Assembly: GCA_963763775.1 (NCBI GenBank)
Contig: CAVXPZ010000001.1
Coordinates: 1,344,001 to 1,408,000 of the forward strand
Reading direction: 5' to 3'
Length of the DNA: 64,000 bases
DNA from: an uncultured Chloroflexia bacterium
GTDB taxonomy: Bacteria > Chloroflexota > Limnocylindria > Limnocylindrales > CSP1-4
Shown piece after piece: positions 22,301 through 32,270 of this stretch. The notes beneath the pieces are model-generated. The model was not told the origin of the DNA, made no database searches, and saw only the letters and a list, made by a program, of their open reading frames with translations. Position 1 is the first letter of the stretch. The number at the start of each line of letters is the position of its first letter. The position numbers and the translations under genes were made by a program.

Positions 22301-25300
22301 TCTCCGGCAAGGGCGGGAACCTCGTGTTCTCCGGCAAGGGCGGGAACTTGTCCTTCTCCGGGACCGGCACCCAGCCGAAGTACTCGGCGGAGGCGTACTC
22401 GAGCGCGCAGCTGAGCTCGCTGATCGCCTTCTCCGCGGCGGACGGGACGCGCTCCAGAGCAGCTCGTCGGCAACACGTTCAACGACACGGGCGAGCTTCT
22501 ACATCCGGATCTCCGGGCGCGAACGGCGCCTTCGACCCGTCGAGCCTGTTCCACCTGACCGTCGCCGAGTCGCCGACGGCGTGCGACAACGCGACGAACG
22601 ACTTCCACCTCGAGGCGCTGCCGGCCGTGGACACGTCGCGGCAGTTCAGCACGATCATCCTCAGCAATCCCGACGACGGCCTTCCTCAACGGGTACAGCG
22701 CGACGACCTTCCCGACCAAGCTCACCTCGCTGGCGGCCCGGCCCGAGGTCGCCGGCAAGGTCGTGGACATCAGCCGCGAGCCCGCGGATCCAGGACCTCA
22801 TCGCCCAGGCCGACGCCCATCCGAACTGCACGTATGCCAAGAACCTCCTGGCCGACGGCATCAAGGCGATCGTCGATTCGCTACCGGCCAGGCAACCCGA
22901 ACCTGAAGTACGTCGTGCTGGTCGGCGGCGACAACACGATCCCGTTCTTCCGCTACCCGGACACGGCCGACCTCGGCGCGGAGTCGACGTTCTTCCCGCC
23001 GGTCGAGCCGGCCAGCCCGTCCGAGGCCAGCCTCCGCCTGAACAACGTCCTGAGCCAGGACGCGTACGGGGCGGCGACGCAGGTCGTGCACGGCGTGGCC
23101 AGCTTCCCGGTGCCGAACCTGGCGGTCGGGCGCCTTGTCGAGACCGCCTCGGATGCCGCCACCGTGATCGATGCCTATCTGAACGGCACGACCAGCGGCA
23201 CCGGTGCGGTCCCCACCCCGACCCGATCCCTGACGACCGGCTATGACTTCATGACCGATGGCGGCGACGTACGTCGCGGGCAGCTTCGCGAGCGGACTCG
23301 CCACGACCGCCACCAAGGACACCCTGATCAACAACACGTGGACCGCGTCGGACCTCAACACGAAGCTCCTTGGCTCGCGCCACGACCTCGTGTTCCTGGC
23401 CGGCCACTTCAGCGCCGACGCGGCGCTGGCCGCTGACTTCAGCACGGTCCTGACCACGGCGCAGCTCAAGGCCTCGACGACCAGCTTCACGAACACGATC
23501 GTCTTCAGCCAGGGCTGCCACTCCGGCTACAACACCGTCGACGGCGACGCCATCCCGAACGTCACCGCCCAGCTCGACTGGGCGCAGGCGTTCGCCCAGA
23601 AGGGCGCGACCCTGATCGGCGGCACCGGCTTCCAGTACGGGGACACCGACCTCGTCGCCTACAGCGAGCAGATCTACGCGAACTTCGCCGACGAGCTGCG
23701 GACGGGCACCGGGGCGATCTCCGTCGGCCAGGCGCTCATCCGGGCGAAGCAGGACTACCTGCGGCAGACGCCCGACATCGGCGGGACCGACACCAAGGCC
23801 CTGCTCGAATCGACCCTCTTCGGCCTGCCGATGATCAGCGTCAACATGCCGGGGACCCGACTCCCGGTGACGACCACCACCTCGCAGGTCGTCGCGCCGA
23901 CGATCGTCCCGTCCGGGCCGGGCGTGGCCCTGGGCCTCCGGACGTCCCCATTCACCGTGACGCCGACCGGCGCCGATGCGCTCACGTCGAAGACCGGCTC
24001 CGGCGGCACCACGTACCTTGTCGGGCCGAAGGGCGGGGTCAACACCAAGCCCAACGAGCCCGTCCTCCCGTTGATCTCGAAGGACGTGTCGGTCACCGGC
24101 CTGACGCTCCGCGGCGTCGGGTTCATGGGCGGCGCGTATCACGACCAGAGCCCCGTCAACCCGCTCGTCAGCTCGCCGGCGACGGAACTGGGTGGCGCGC
24201 CGACCAGCTTCTCGAGTCCGTACCTCTACCCGACCCGGGTGGCCACGGCCAACTACTACGACGCGCTCGGCAACGGGGCGACGCGACTGCAGGTCACGCC
24301 GGTCCAGCACCAGTCGAGTGGCAACGCCTTCACGCGGCGGATCTTCGACGGACTGGACCTCCAGCTCTTCTACAGCTCGACGAACCCCAGCTGTCACGGT
24401 CGGCAACTTCCGGCCCGCGCTCGCGGCCGCGCCGTCCATCCTCGACACCACCGCGACCGACAACGGCGCCGGGGGGATCCGGTTCGATGCGCATGTCGCG
24501 GTCGACCCGGCGGCCGGCATCCAGGACGTCTGGATCGCCTACACCTTCGGGACGCGATGGGACTCGATCCACCTCACCCTCGACCCCGCCGATCCGACGC
24601 ATTGGAGCGGCGTGCTGACGCATTCGTCGGCTGGCCTGAAGTACGTCATCCAGTCGGTCAACGGCGTCGGCATGGTGTCGCTCGACGCCAACGGCGGTGC
24701 CTTCTACGGCATCGCGCAGCCGACCGCCGTCACGCATCCCACGACGCTGGCCGTCCACGCGGCGGCCACCCATGGCGTCTTCGGCTCGACGGTCAGCGTG
24801 ACCGCCGACCTCAGCGGGACCGGGAACATGAGCGGCAAGGCCATCCAGTTCGGCCTCGGCGGCGCGTCAGCGACCGGCACGACCGACAGCAGCGGGCACG
24901 CGTCGGCGACGCTCGCGCTCAACTCCACGCCGGGGGCCTACTCGGTCACGGGCGTCTTCCAGGGTGACACCGCCAACGACCCGTCGTCCGATGTCACGCC
25001 GTTCACGATCGACAAGCTCGGCACGACCATCGCCTTCACCGGCAGCGCGACCAGCGGGCCGGTGAGCACGGACAGCGGCGTCGTGGCGACCCTCAAGGAC
25101 GCCAACAACAAGGCGATCGCCGGGCGGACCGTGTGGTTCGTCGTGACCGACGGCGGCGGCAACGCCGTCTCGCGATCCGTGCTGACGAGCAGCCTGGGCC
25201 AGGCGAAGCTCGGCGTCATCGGGCTCCCCGCCGGGTCGTACACGATCGCCGCCTCCTTCGGCGGCCCGGTGACCCTCCAGCCCGGTTCGGTCCATATCGA

Positions 25301-26159
25301 CCTGACCGACACCACGTATGGAACGTCCACGGCGACCCTCACGCCCTACGCGATCACGAAGAAGGCCGCGACGATCGGCTACACCGGGAACCGCTTCTGG
25401 TCCGCGGGCACCGGCACGACGGCCAGCGTCCTGTTCACCGGCCAGGTCACGCCCGCCGTCGGCGGGACGCTCCCGGCCAGCAACGTCGTCGACTTCCAGT
25501 ACTTCAGCTCGGCGACGCCGACCGTCAAGGCCGGCGACTGCGTCGGCACCATCGACGACACCGGTCTCGCGACCTGCACCAAGGCACTCGGCCTCGACGA
25601 CTGGATCGTCGTGATGACCATCCCGGCCACGAACGGCTACTACACGGCCCCGGACGCCGACTCCGTCGTCGTCACCGTGTACCAGACCACGGCCGCGAAG
25701 TACGCGACCGGTGCCGGCCACGTGATCGACCCGAGCACGAACAACATCCCGGTCAAGGTCTCTCCGACCAAGAACAAGGGCACGTTCGGGTTCGCCGTCA
25801 GCTACAAGACCGGCACGACGCCGCAGGGCATCGCGATCTACTCGTTCCGCGGCAACGACGGCTACGACTACATCTTCACCACCACGAGCTGGACTGGCGG
25901 CGGCCTCTCCTTCGGGACGAGCGCCACCACCGCGTCGTTCAGCAGCAAGTGCGCGGTGACGGTCATCAATCCGGCCACACGCAAGGTGGTGTCCGGATTG
26001 GGCGGCACGAACTTCACGTGCCGGTATGACGTGACCGACGGTTCCACCGACAAGTTCGCGATGAGCGCCTATACATCGACCGGCGTCCTGTACCACCAGG
26101 TCGGCACCGCGTCGAGCCAGATCGCGATCGGCTCCGGCGGGATCGTCGTCAAGAAGTAA
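19363..26159 (+). CDS. Giant secreted multidomain protein: DUF642/choice-of-anchor C, CSLREA, beta-helix, PPC-like, 9-aa repeat, C25 gingipain-like peptidase, Ig-like; many frameshifts
   Basis: Signal peptide; NIVSNGSFE/GSVDW/WEAADG; VNTTADHEDD..CTLREAI; NDPGDTDTGANG; ADYDLLLF; LKYVVLVGGD, AVGRL, FLAGHFS, FSQGCHSG; ends VVKK*. Confidence 0.75.
22153..22356 (+). repeat. In-frame 27-bp tandem repeat, 7 copies of SG(K/R)GGNLxF plus a 15-bp SGDVF insert
   Basis: tccggcaagggcgggaacctNNNNttc-like units at 22153, 22180, 22207, 22234, 22261, 22303, 22330. Confidence 0.95.
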
Positions 26160-26211
26160 CGGCGGCCCGGACCGGGCATGAAGGGGGACGGGTCCGCCCC
26201 GGAAGGGTAGG

Positions 26212-27369
26212 TCAGACCCGTCCCCGCGGCACCGTGTGCCAGTACGTCTTGTTGAAGACGATCTTGCCCAGGTGCCAGAGCTGATTCGGCTTCGGCGGCC
26301 GCGGCGGGTGGTCGTAGTCGAACTGGAGCAACGTGCCCTTGCCGTCGCCGATCTCGAAGAAGCACATGACCTTGCCCGCGTAGTCGGCGTGCTTGCCTGA
26401 GGGCGCTCGGCCCTCCACCAGCGCGACGATCCGCTCGGCGACCACGGGCGCCTCGAAGTGCGCGGTCGAGCCCGCCTTCGAGAGCGGCAGGTCGGTCGCG
26501 TCGCCGAGGGCGAAGACGTTCGGGCGACCCCCGACCTGGAGCGTGTGCCGGTCCGTCGGGAGCCAGCCGCCCGGCGCGGGCGCCAGCCCGGCGTCCATCA
26601 GGAACTGCTGGCCCTTGTGCGGCGGCACGAGGATGAGCAGGTCGTACGGCAGCTCCTCGCCCTCGAGGCTCTGGACGAGCTTGTGCTCGGGATCGATGGC
26701 CTCGACGTTGAAGAACGTGTGCAGCTCGATGCCTTTGCTCTCGAGGATGGGCGTCGCCATCTCGCTGACGGATTCGATCGTGAACGCGCGACCGATCGGC
26801 GAGCAGAAGTCGATCGTCGTCCGGTCGCGAAGCCCTCGCTCGCGCATCTCGGACTCGATGAGGAACGCGACCTCCAGTGGCGCCGGAGGGCACTTGTACG
26901 GCATCCCGGCGATCCCGATGACGATGCGCCCGCCGTCGAAGCGATCGAGCGCGGTCCGGAGCTCCTGGGCGGCCCGGGCGGTGTAGAAGTGGTTGGCCTC
27001 GGTCTCGAAGTGCTCGATCGCCTCCGGGACGATCCGCGACCCGGTCGCGAGCACGAGGAACTCGTAACCGATCTGGAGCCCGTCCTCGAGGGTCACCCGG
27101 TGCTGGTCCTCCTCGACCGACGCGACGGCCCCCACGACGAGCGTCACCCGCTTGTCCAGCAGCGACAGCTCGGGTCGAGTGAGGTTCGCGGCTCGCTCGC
27201 CGCCCATCGCGATGTACATGAAGCCGGGCTGGTAGACGTGGTTCCCGGTCGCGTCCACGACCATGACCTCGACGTCGCCGGCATCGATCCGGTGCTTGAG
27301 CTTGCGCGAGAGCAGGTTCGCGGTCAGGGTGCCGCCGACACCGCCGCCCAGGATGAGGATCCGTTGCAT
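26212..27369 (-). CDS. sqr: Sulfide:quinone oxidoreductase-like FAD/NAD(P) oxidoreductase
   Basis: ILILGGGVGG, YQPG, LATGS, YKCPPAPLE, GDATDLPLSKAG, VMCFFE; in tusA/dsrE operon. Confidence 0.8.
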   Translation of the reverse strand: MQRILILGGGVGGTLTANLLSRKLKHRIDAGDVEVMVVDATGNHVYQPGFMYIAMGGERAANLTRPELSLLDKRVTLVVGAVASVEEDQHRVTLEDGLQIGYEFLVLATGSRIVPEAIEHFETEANHFYTARAAQELRTALDRFDGGRIVIGIAGMPYKCPPAPLEVAFLIESEMRERGLRDRTTIDFCSPIGRAFTIESVSEMATPILESKGIELHTFFNVEAIDPEHKLVQSLEGEELPYDLLILVPPHKGQQFLMDAGLAPAPGGWLPTDRHTLQVGGRPNVFALGDATDLPLSKAGSTAHFEAPVVAERIVALVEGRAPSGKHADYAGKVMCFFEIGDGKGTLLQFDYDHPPRPPKPNQLWHLGKIVFNKTYWHTVPRGRV

Positions 27370-27375
27370 GACGAC

Positions 27376-27630
27376 CTACCGCAGCTTCTCGACGATGATC
27401 TCGTCGTAGCCCTCGCGCGCCTCGAGCGCGACCAGGCGATGGCCGGCCTTCTCGACCCACTTGGGGATGTCGGTCTTCGAGCCTTGGTCGGAGGAGTAGA
27501 CGCTGATCACGTCTCCGACGGCACCCTCGCGGATCGCCCGGATGAGCTCCATCAGCGGACCCGGGCAGAAGCTGCCGCGGGCGTCGACGACACGAGTGGG
27601 GGCCGGGGCAGTGGCGATGGTCTCGGTCAT
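27376..27630 (-). CDS. tusA: TusA family sulfur carrier
   Basis: VDARGSFCPGPL, SDQGSKTDIPKW. Confidence 0.88.
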   Translation of the reverse strand: MTETIATAPAPTRVVDARGSFCPGPLMELIRAIREGAVGDVISVYSSDQGSKTDIPKWVEKAGHRLVALEAREGYDEIIVEKLR

Positions 27631-27645
27631 GGCGTTCACGCCTTC

Positions 27646-28203
27646 CTAGATGAACAGTGGGACGGAGTTCTCGGTCATCATCCCGATGACCGTGGCGGCG
27701 CCGACCGGCTCGCCCATGCCCTCGATCATGTCCTCCGGCTTGAGGCCGAACATGTCCATGGTCATCTGGCACGGGATGAACTCGACACCGAGCTCCTGGG
27801 CTGCCTCGAGGAGCTCCTTGGGGCTCGCGACGTGGTACTCCTTGGCGAGCTTGCGCATCATCCAGGGACCCATCCCGAGGAAGTTCATCTTCGAGAGCTT
27901 CCGGTGGCTGATGCCCGGGCGCTGCATGGCGGACAGCATCTTCTGCATCCAGTTCTCGCCGGTGATCCGGACGTCGTCGCGGACGAAGACCTGGAGGCCC
28001 CAGAACGTGACGAAGACGCGCGTCTTCACGCCCATGGCGGCGCTCGTGGAGGCGAGGATCATCGTGGCCCAGACCTTCTCGAGGTCGCCGCTGTAGTCGA
28101 TGATGAGGATGTCCTTGGGGGGTGCCTGCACCTCGGCCTCGAAGGCCGCGGCAGGGATCGTCGCGGGCACCCCGGTCGGGATGTCCAACGTGGCGGTGGT
28201 CAT
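27646..28203 (-). CDS. DsrE2/DrsH-like sulfurtransferase
   Basis: SGDLEK, FVTFWGL, LSKMNFLGMG, FIPCQMTMDMFG, GAAT. Confidence 0.88.
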   Translation of the reverse strand: MTTATLDIPTGVPATIPAAAFEAEVQAPPKDILIIDYSGDLEKVWATMILASTSAAMGVKTRVFVTFWGLQVFVRDDVRITGENWMQKMLSAMQRPGISHRKLSKMNFLGMGPWMMRKLAKEYHVASPKELLEAAQELGVEFIPCQMTMDMFGLKPEDMIEGMGEPVGAATVIGMMTENSVPLFI

Positions 28204-28213
28204 CGCGATCGCC

Positions 28214-28450
28214 TCAATTCCGACGGATGACGAAGCGGTACACGGCTCCGTCCGATGTCTGCTCGATGAGGTCGTTCCCCGTGGATCGGCACCACGCGGC
28301 GACATCCTTGATGGAACCCGGGTCGGTCGCGAGCAGCTCGACGACGCTTCCGGCGGTCAGGCCCTTGACGGCCTGCGCGGTCTTGACGATCGGCATCGGG
28401 CACGAGAGGCCTCGGGCGTCGATCAGCTGATCGATCTCGACGACACCCAT
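28214..28450 (-). CDS. tusA: TusA family sulfur carrier
   Basis: IDARGLSCPMPIV, ATDPGSIKDVAAWC; AGGAG RBS. Confidence 0.9.
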   Translation of the reverse strand: MGVVEIDQLIDARGLSCPMPIVKTAQAVKGLTAGSVVELLATDPGSIKDVAAWCRSTGNDLIEQTSDGAVYRFVIRRN

Positions 28451-28470
28451 GACGGACTCCTTCCTGCGGA

Positions 28471-28884
28471 CTAGATGAAGACGACCTGGCCGTCGCCGGC
28501 ATTCAGGTAGAAGGCCGTGACACCCTCGACCCCGTCCACGAGTGGGTCGAGGTCGCCGGCATCGAGATGGAGCAGGTCCATCGAGAGCGAGCACGCCTCG
28601 ATGTCGACGCCGCCGAGGTCCTTGGCCTGCCGCAGCGTCTCGGCCCAGCTCGCCTGGCCGGCGCGCGCGAGCGCGTCGACGGCCGCGCGACCCGCCGGAC
28701 CCGCCTCGGGCGCCAGGCCGTGGTCACCACCGATCCGGTCGGCGCGGAACGCATCGAGCGCCCAGTACTGCAGGAAGATGTTCACCGGCTTGCCGAGTGC
28801 GGCGGCGCCGGCGGTCAGCACCGCGGCGGCCTGCAGCTTGTCATCGGTTCCGGAGAAGAGGACCAGGTTGAGGGGTTCGTCCAC
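28471..28884 (-). CDS. DsrE/DsrF/DrsH family protein
   Basis: LFSGTDDKL, IFLQYWAL, IEACSLSMDL, GVTAF...VFI. Confidence 0.85.
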   Translation of the reverse strand: MDEPLNLVLFSGTDDKLQAAAVLTAGAAALGKPVNIFLQYWALDAFRADRIGGDHGLAPEAGPAGRAAVDALARAGQASWAETLRQAKDLGGVDIEACSLSMDLLHLDAGDLDPLVDGVEGVTAFYLNAGDGQVVFI

Positions 28885-28888
28885 GGGG

Positions 28889-29254
28889 TCACCTCGGGAA
28901 GGGGGCTGCCAGAGCCGCAGGCAGCGGGCTCGGGGCCGTCGGGGACGCGGCCGAAAGGGCGGCCAGCCTCGTGAGGCGTCGCTCGAGGACCGCGCGCATG
29001 ATCCCGCACGCGACCATCACGTCCGGGTCGGACAACCGATAGCGGACCTCCCGGCCGTCGCGCTCGGCCTCCACCATGCCGGCGGTCCGGAGCACCGCGA
29101 GGTGCTGCGACACGTTGGGCTGGCTGAGGCCGAGTTCGCCGGCCAGGCGGCCCACCTCGCTCGGGCCGCTCGAGAGTCGGTGCAGGATCTCGAGGCGACG
29201 CGGGCTGGCGAGGGTCTTGAGGACCTCGGCCTGGAGGATCGTGATCTCGTCCAT
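28889..29254 (-). CDS. ArsR/SmtB family regulator
   Basis: LKTLASPRRLEIL, SQPNVSQHLAVLR, RDGREVRYRL, single C-terminal Cys (VACG). Confidence 0.9.
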   Translation of the reverse strand: MDEITILQAEVLKTLASPRRLEILHRLSSGPSEVGRLAGELGLSQPNVSQHLAVLRTAGMVEAERDGREVRYRLSDPDVMVACGIMRAVLERRLTRLAALSAASPTAPSPLPAALAAPFPR

Positions 29255-29271
29255 GACCAGAGCATCGGCCC

Positions 29272-29287
29272 ATGCGCATGTGCGCAT
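29272..29287. promoter_or_regulatory. Palindromic candidate ArsR operator
   Basis: ATGCGCA-TG-TGCGCAT perfect 7-2-7 inverted repeat 18-33 nt upstream of arsR ATG. Confidence 0.55.
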
Positions 29288-29334
29288 CAGTGCCGTGGGT
29301 CATGCCGCCGCGGGTCCCGGACCGGGCCATCCGC

Positions 29335-29348
29335 GGGCCCTTCGGCCC
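29335..29348. promoter_or_regulatory. DosR/DevR-box-like site
   Basis: GGGCCCTTCGGCCC matches GGGnCnnnnGnCCC in arsR-yceI divergent region. Confidence 0.4.
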
Positions 29349-29476
29349 CCACCCTTGCCGTTCGGTGTCGGGCCTCTGGGAGCGGGCCGCTCTCAGCCGG
29401 CTCTCAGGGATCCGTGCGACCCTTGGGACATCGTGAGGACCCGCGGCCGGTGCCGCATCGCCCTGGAGATCGCCCG

Positions 29477-30265
29477 ATGACCCGCAATCGAACCATCGCC
29501 ATCGTCGGCGCCGTCGTCCTGCTCGGTGCGGTCGGCCTGTATGTCGCGTACGACCAGGTCCTGCGCGGTGACTCGGTCGCTCCGCTGGCCCTGCCGTCCA
29601 CCGCGGCCGGAGCGACGGCCACGGCCGCGGCGACCGATGTCGCCGCCGGGGCCTCCGCCGATCCGATAGCTAGCGACGCGGCGGCCCCCTCGGCGAGCTC
29701 GGGCACCGTCACGGATGGCTCGGTCGCCGGCACCTGGAACGTCACGGCGGGTAGCGAGGCCGGGTACCGCGTCCGCGAGCAGCTCGCCAACCTGCCGGCG
29801 GAATCGGATGCGGTGGGACGGACCAGCGACGTGTCCGGGTCGATCACCCTGGCCGCCGCCGGCGACGGCGCGCAACTCACTGGCGGCACCATCACGGTCA
29901 ACACGACGACCATCGCCTCCGATGAGAGCCGGCGGGACAACCGGATGCGGTCCGAGGGGCTCCAGACGGACCAGTTCCCGACCGCCACGTTCACGATCAC
30001 CCAGCCCGTCGACATCCCTGCCGCGGCCCTGGCCGGAACGGCGACCGACATCACGCTGACCGGCGACCTCACGTTGCACGGCGTCACGAAGTCGGTCCAG
30101 ATCCCGGCCAAGGCGCAGCTCCAGGACGGGCAGATCCAGGTCGCCGGCGCGATCACCTTCCCGCTGGCGGACTACTCGATCACGGCCCCGAACATCGGCG
30201 GGTTCATCGTCTCGATCGCCGACCAGGGGGCCCTCGAGTTCCTCGTGGCGTTCGCGCCGGCCTGA
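29477..30265 (+). CDS. YceI family protein, membrane-anchored/secreted
   Basis: AGYRVREQL, AVGRT, SDESRRDNR, FPTATF, GDLTLHGVTK. Confidence 0.9.
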   Translation: MTRNRTIAIVGAVVLLGAVGLYVAYDQVLRGDSVAPLALPSTAAGATATAAATDVAAGASADPIASDAAAPSASSGTVTDGSVAGTWNVTAGSEAGYRVREQLANLPAESDAVGRTSDVSGSITLAAAGDGAQLTGGTITVNTTTIASDESRRDNRMRSEGLQTDQFPTATFTITQPVDIPAAALAGTATDITLTGDLTLHGVTKSVQIPAKAQLQDGQIQVAGAITFPLADYSITAPNIGGFIVSIADQGALEFLVAFAPA

Positions 30266-30320
30266 GGCCGGGCGCGACGCGCGGCCGAGGGCAGTCCCGC
30301 CGGCCCGACCCCGGCGTTGC

Positions 30321-30998
30321 CTAGCTCGAGCGGCCGCTGTCCAGGCGGTGCTTGGCGACGAAGGCCGCCGCCTGGGCCCGGCGCTCGAGGTTCAGCTTCG
30401 AGAGGATCGAGCTGACGTAGTTCTTGACCGTCTTGTCGGACAGGAAGATCTCCGCGGCGATCTCCTTGTTGGTCTTGCCCTCGGCGACGAGCAGCAGGAT
30501 CCGCTGCTCCTGCGCGGTCAGCGCCGCCATCTCGTCGACTTCCGAACCGGTCGCGATCCGCCGGATCCGCTCGAGCACCTTCGTCGTGACCGCGGGGTCC
30601 AGCAGGGACTCGCCGCGGCCGACGGCTTCCAGGGCGGTGACGAGGTCACGGGCCCGGATCTGCTTGAGCAGGTAGCCCGACGCCCCGGCCACGATCGCCG
30701 AGAGCACGGCCTCCTCGTCCGGGTACGAGGTGAGCATCACGACGCGCGTGTCCTCGAATTCGGCCCGGATCTCGCGGCACGCCTCCACGCCCGACCCGTC
30801 CGGCAGCCGGACGTCCATGATCACGATGTCGGGTCGATGTCGTCGCGCCTGCTCGATCGATTCGGCGGCGGTGCCCGCCTCGGCGACCACCTGGAAGTTC
30901 TCGCGTCGGTCCAGGAGCGCCACCAGACCCTGCCGGACGACCTCGTGGTCGTCGACGATGAGCAGGCGATGGATCTTCGCTGGGACGCTGTCCGTCAC
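30321..30998 (-). CDS. NarL/LuxR response regulator, DevR/DosR-like
   Basis: VDDHEVVRQG, MDVRLPDGSG, LTSY, GASGYLLKQI, LSDKTVKNYVSSILSKL. Confidence 0.92.
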   Translation of the reverse strand: MTDSVPAKIHRLLIVDDHEVVRQGLVALLDRRENFQVVAEAGTAAESIEQARRHRPDIVIMDVRLPDGSGVEACREIRAEFEDTRVVMLTSYPDEEAVLSAIVAGASGYLLKQIRARDLVTALEAVGRGESLLDPAVTTKVLERIRRIATGSEVDEMAALTAQEQRILLLVAEGKTNKEIAAEIFLSDKTVKNYVSSILSKLNLERRAQAAAFVAKHRLDSGRSS

Positions 30999-32164
30999 GA
31001 TGGCGAGGCCTCCTGTCGATTCGGCACGTCCACGATGATACGGGTGCCGACCGTCGGTTCGCTCTCGATGCGCACCGTGCCACCCAGCGAGGCGGCTCGC
31101 TCGCGCATGTTCGCGATCCCCTGGTGCTCGGCCTGCCCGTCCGCCCGAGGGACGAACCCCACGCCGTTGTCGGCGACGACCAGGTGGACCTCCGTCGGAT
31201 CGACGGCCAGCTGGACCGACGCCCGTGACGCCTTCGAGTGGCGCATCACGTTGCTCAGCGCCTCACGGGAGAGGTGGATCAGCTGGACGGTCGTGGCGTC
31301 GTCGAGGCCGCGGACGGACCCGATCTCGGCCGTGGTCTCGAACTCGAGGTCGATGAGCGTCGCCAGCCGCGACGACTCGACGAGCGCCGCGAGGCTGCCG
31401 ACGAGGTCGTGGGTCCCGGCGAGGCTGGGGCGAAGACCCATGATGAAGTGCCGGATGTCGCTGATCGCGATGTGGATGGCATCGATCGCGGCATCGACCC
31501 GGGCGGCCGCCTCGGTCGGCTGGTCGACCATGAGCTGCTCGACGTCCTCCAGCGAGAGGCCGACGCCGTAGAGGCTCTGGATGATGCCGTCGTGCAGGTC
31601 CCGCCCGATGCGGTCGCGCTCCTCGACGACCGCGAGGGTGGCGACGCGCTCGTGCAGCCGGGCGTTCTCGATGGCGATGCCGGCGTGCCGCGCGAAGAGC
31701 TCCACGAGCCGTTCGTCCGCGCCGTCGAAGTCGCCGTGCTGCTTGTCGGTCAGGTAGAGGTCGCCCACCGGCCGGCCGTGGACCAGGATCGGGACGCCCA
31801 GGAGCGACCGCATCGGCGGGTGGTTGGGCGGGAACCCGACGGAGTCCGGGTGCGCGGTGATCTCCGGGATCCGCAGCGCCCGACCCTCGCGGATGATCAC
31901 CGCCAGGAGGCCGTGCCCCTCCGGCGGCGGACCGATCCGCGCGCGTTCCTCGGGCGTGATCCCCGCGGTGATGAACCGTTCCAGATGGCCCTTGGCGTCG
32001 GCGATGCCGAGCGCGGCGTAGCGGGCATCCACCAGCACCCGGACACGGTCCACGATGAGCTGGAGGACCGTCTCGATGTCGAGGACCTCGGCGATCGCCC
32101 GCGTCGCCTCGTCGAGCGCCTCGAACGTCTCGATCGCCAGGGCCGCATTCGTCTCGGAGGTCAC
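30995..32164 (-). CDS. GAF-domain HisKA_3 sensor kinase, DevS/DosS-like
   Basis: ARYAALG, HPDSVGFPPNHPPMRSLLGVPI, ERDRIGRDLHDGIIQ, EALSNVMRH, DNGVGF; 4-nt overlap with regulator. Confidence 0.92.
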   Translation of the reverse strand: MTSETNAALAIETFEALDEATRAIAEVLDIETVLQLIVDRVRVLVDARYAALGIADAKGHLERFITAGITPEERARIGPPPEGHGLLAVIIREGRALRIPEITAHPDSVGFPPNHPPMRSLLGVPILVHGRPVGDLYLTDKQHGDFDGADERLVELFARHAGIAIENARLHERVATLAVVEERDRIGRDLHDGIIQSLYGVGLSLEDVEQLMVDQPTEAAARVDAAIDAIHIAISDIRHFIMGLRPSLAGTHDLVGSLAALVESSRLATLIDLEFETTAEIGSVRGLDDATTVQLIHLSREALSNVMRHSKASRASVQLAVDPTEVHLVVADNGVGFVPRADGQAEHQGIANMRERAASLGGTVRIESEPTVGTRIIVDVPNRQEASPS

Positions 32165-32198
32165 CTGCGCAGGGTACGCCCGGGGCCGGCGTGCTCGT

Positions 32199-32234
32199 GG
32201 GACACTCGGCCCTCCGTTCCGGGCCGATGGTCAC
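32199..32234. promoter_or_regulatory. Tandem DosR/DevR-box-like sites between sensor and usp
   Basis: GGGACACTCGGCCC (32199-32212) and GGGCCGATGGTCAC (32221-32234), 22 bp apart. Confidence 0.55.
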
Positions 32235-32270
32235 TTCCTCGACCGAGGATCGCGAGACCAACCTTCCCGC

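Noticed and set aside
22153-22356. Possible CRISPR array
   Set aside because: Repeats are contiguous and in frame, with no unique spacers and no cas genes
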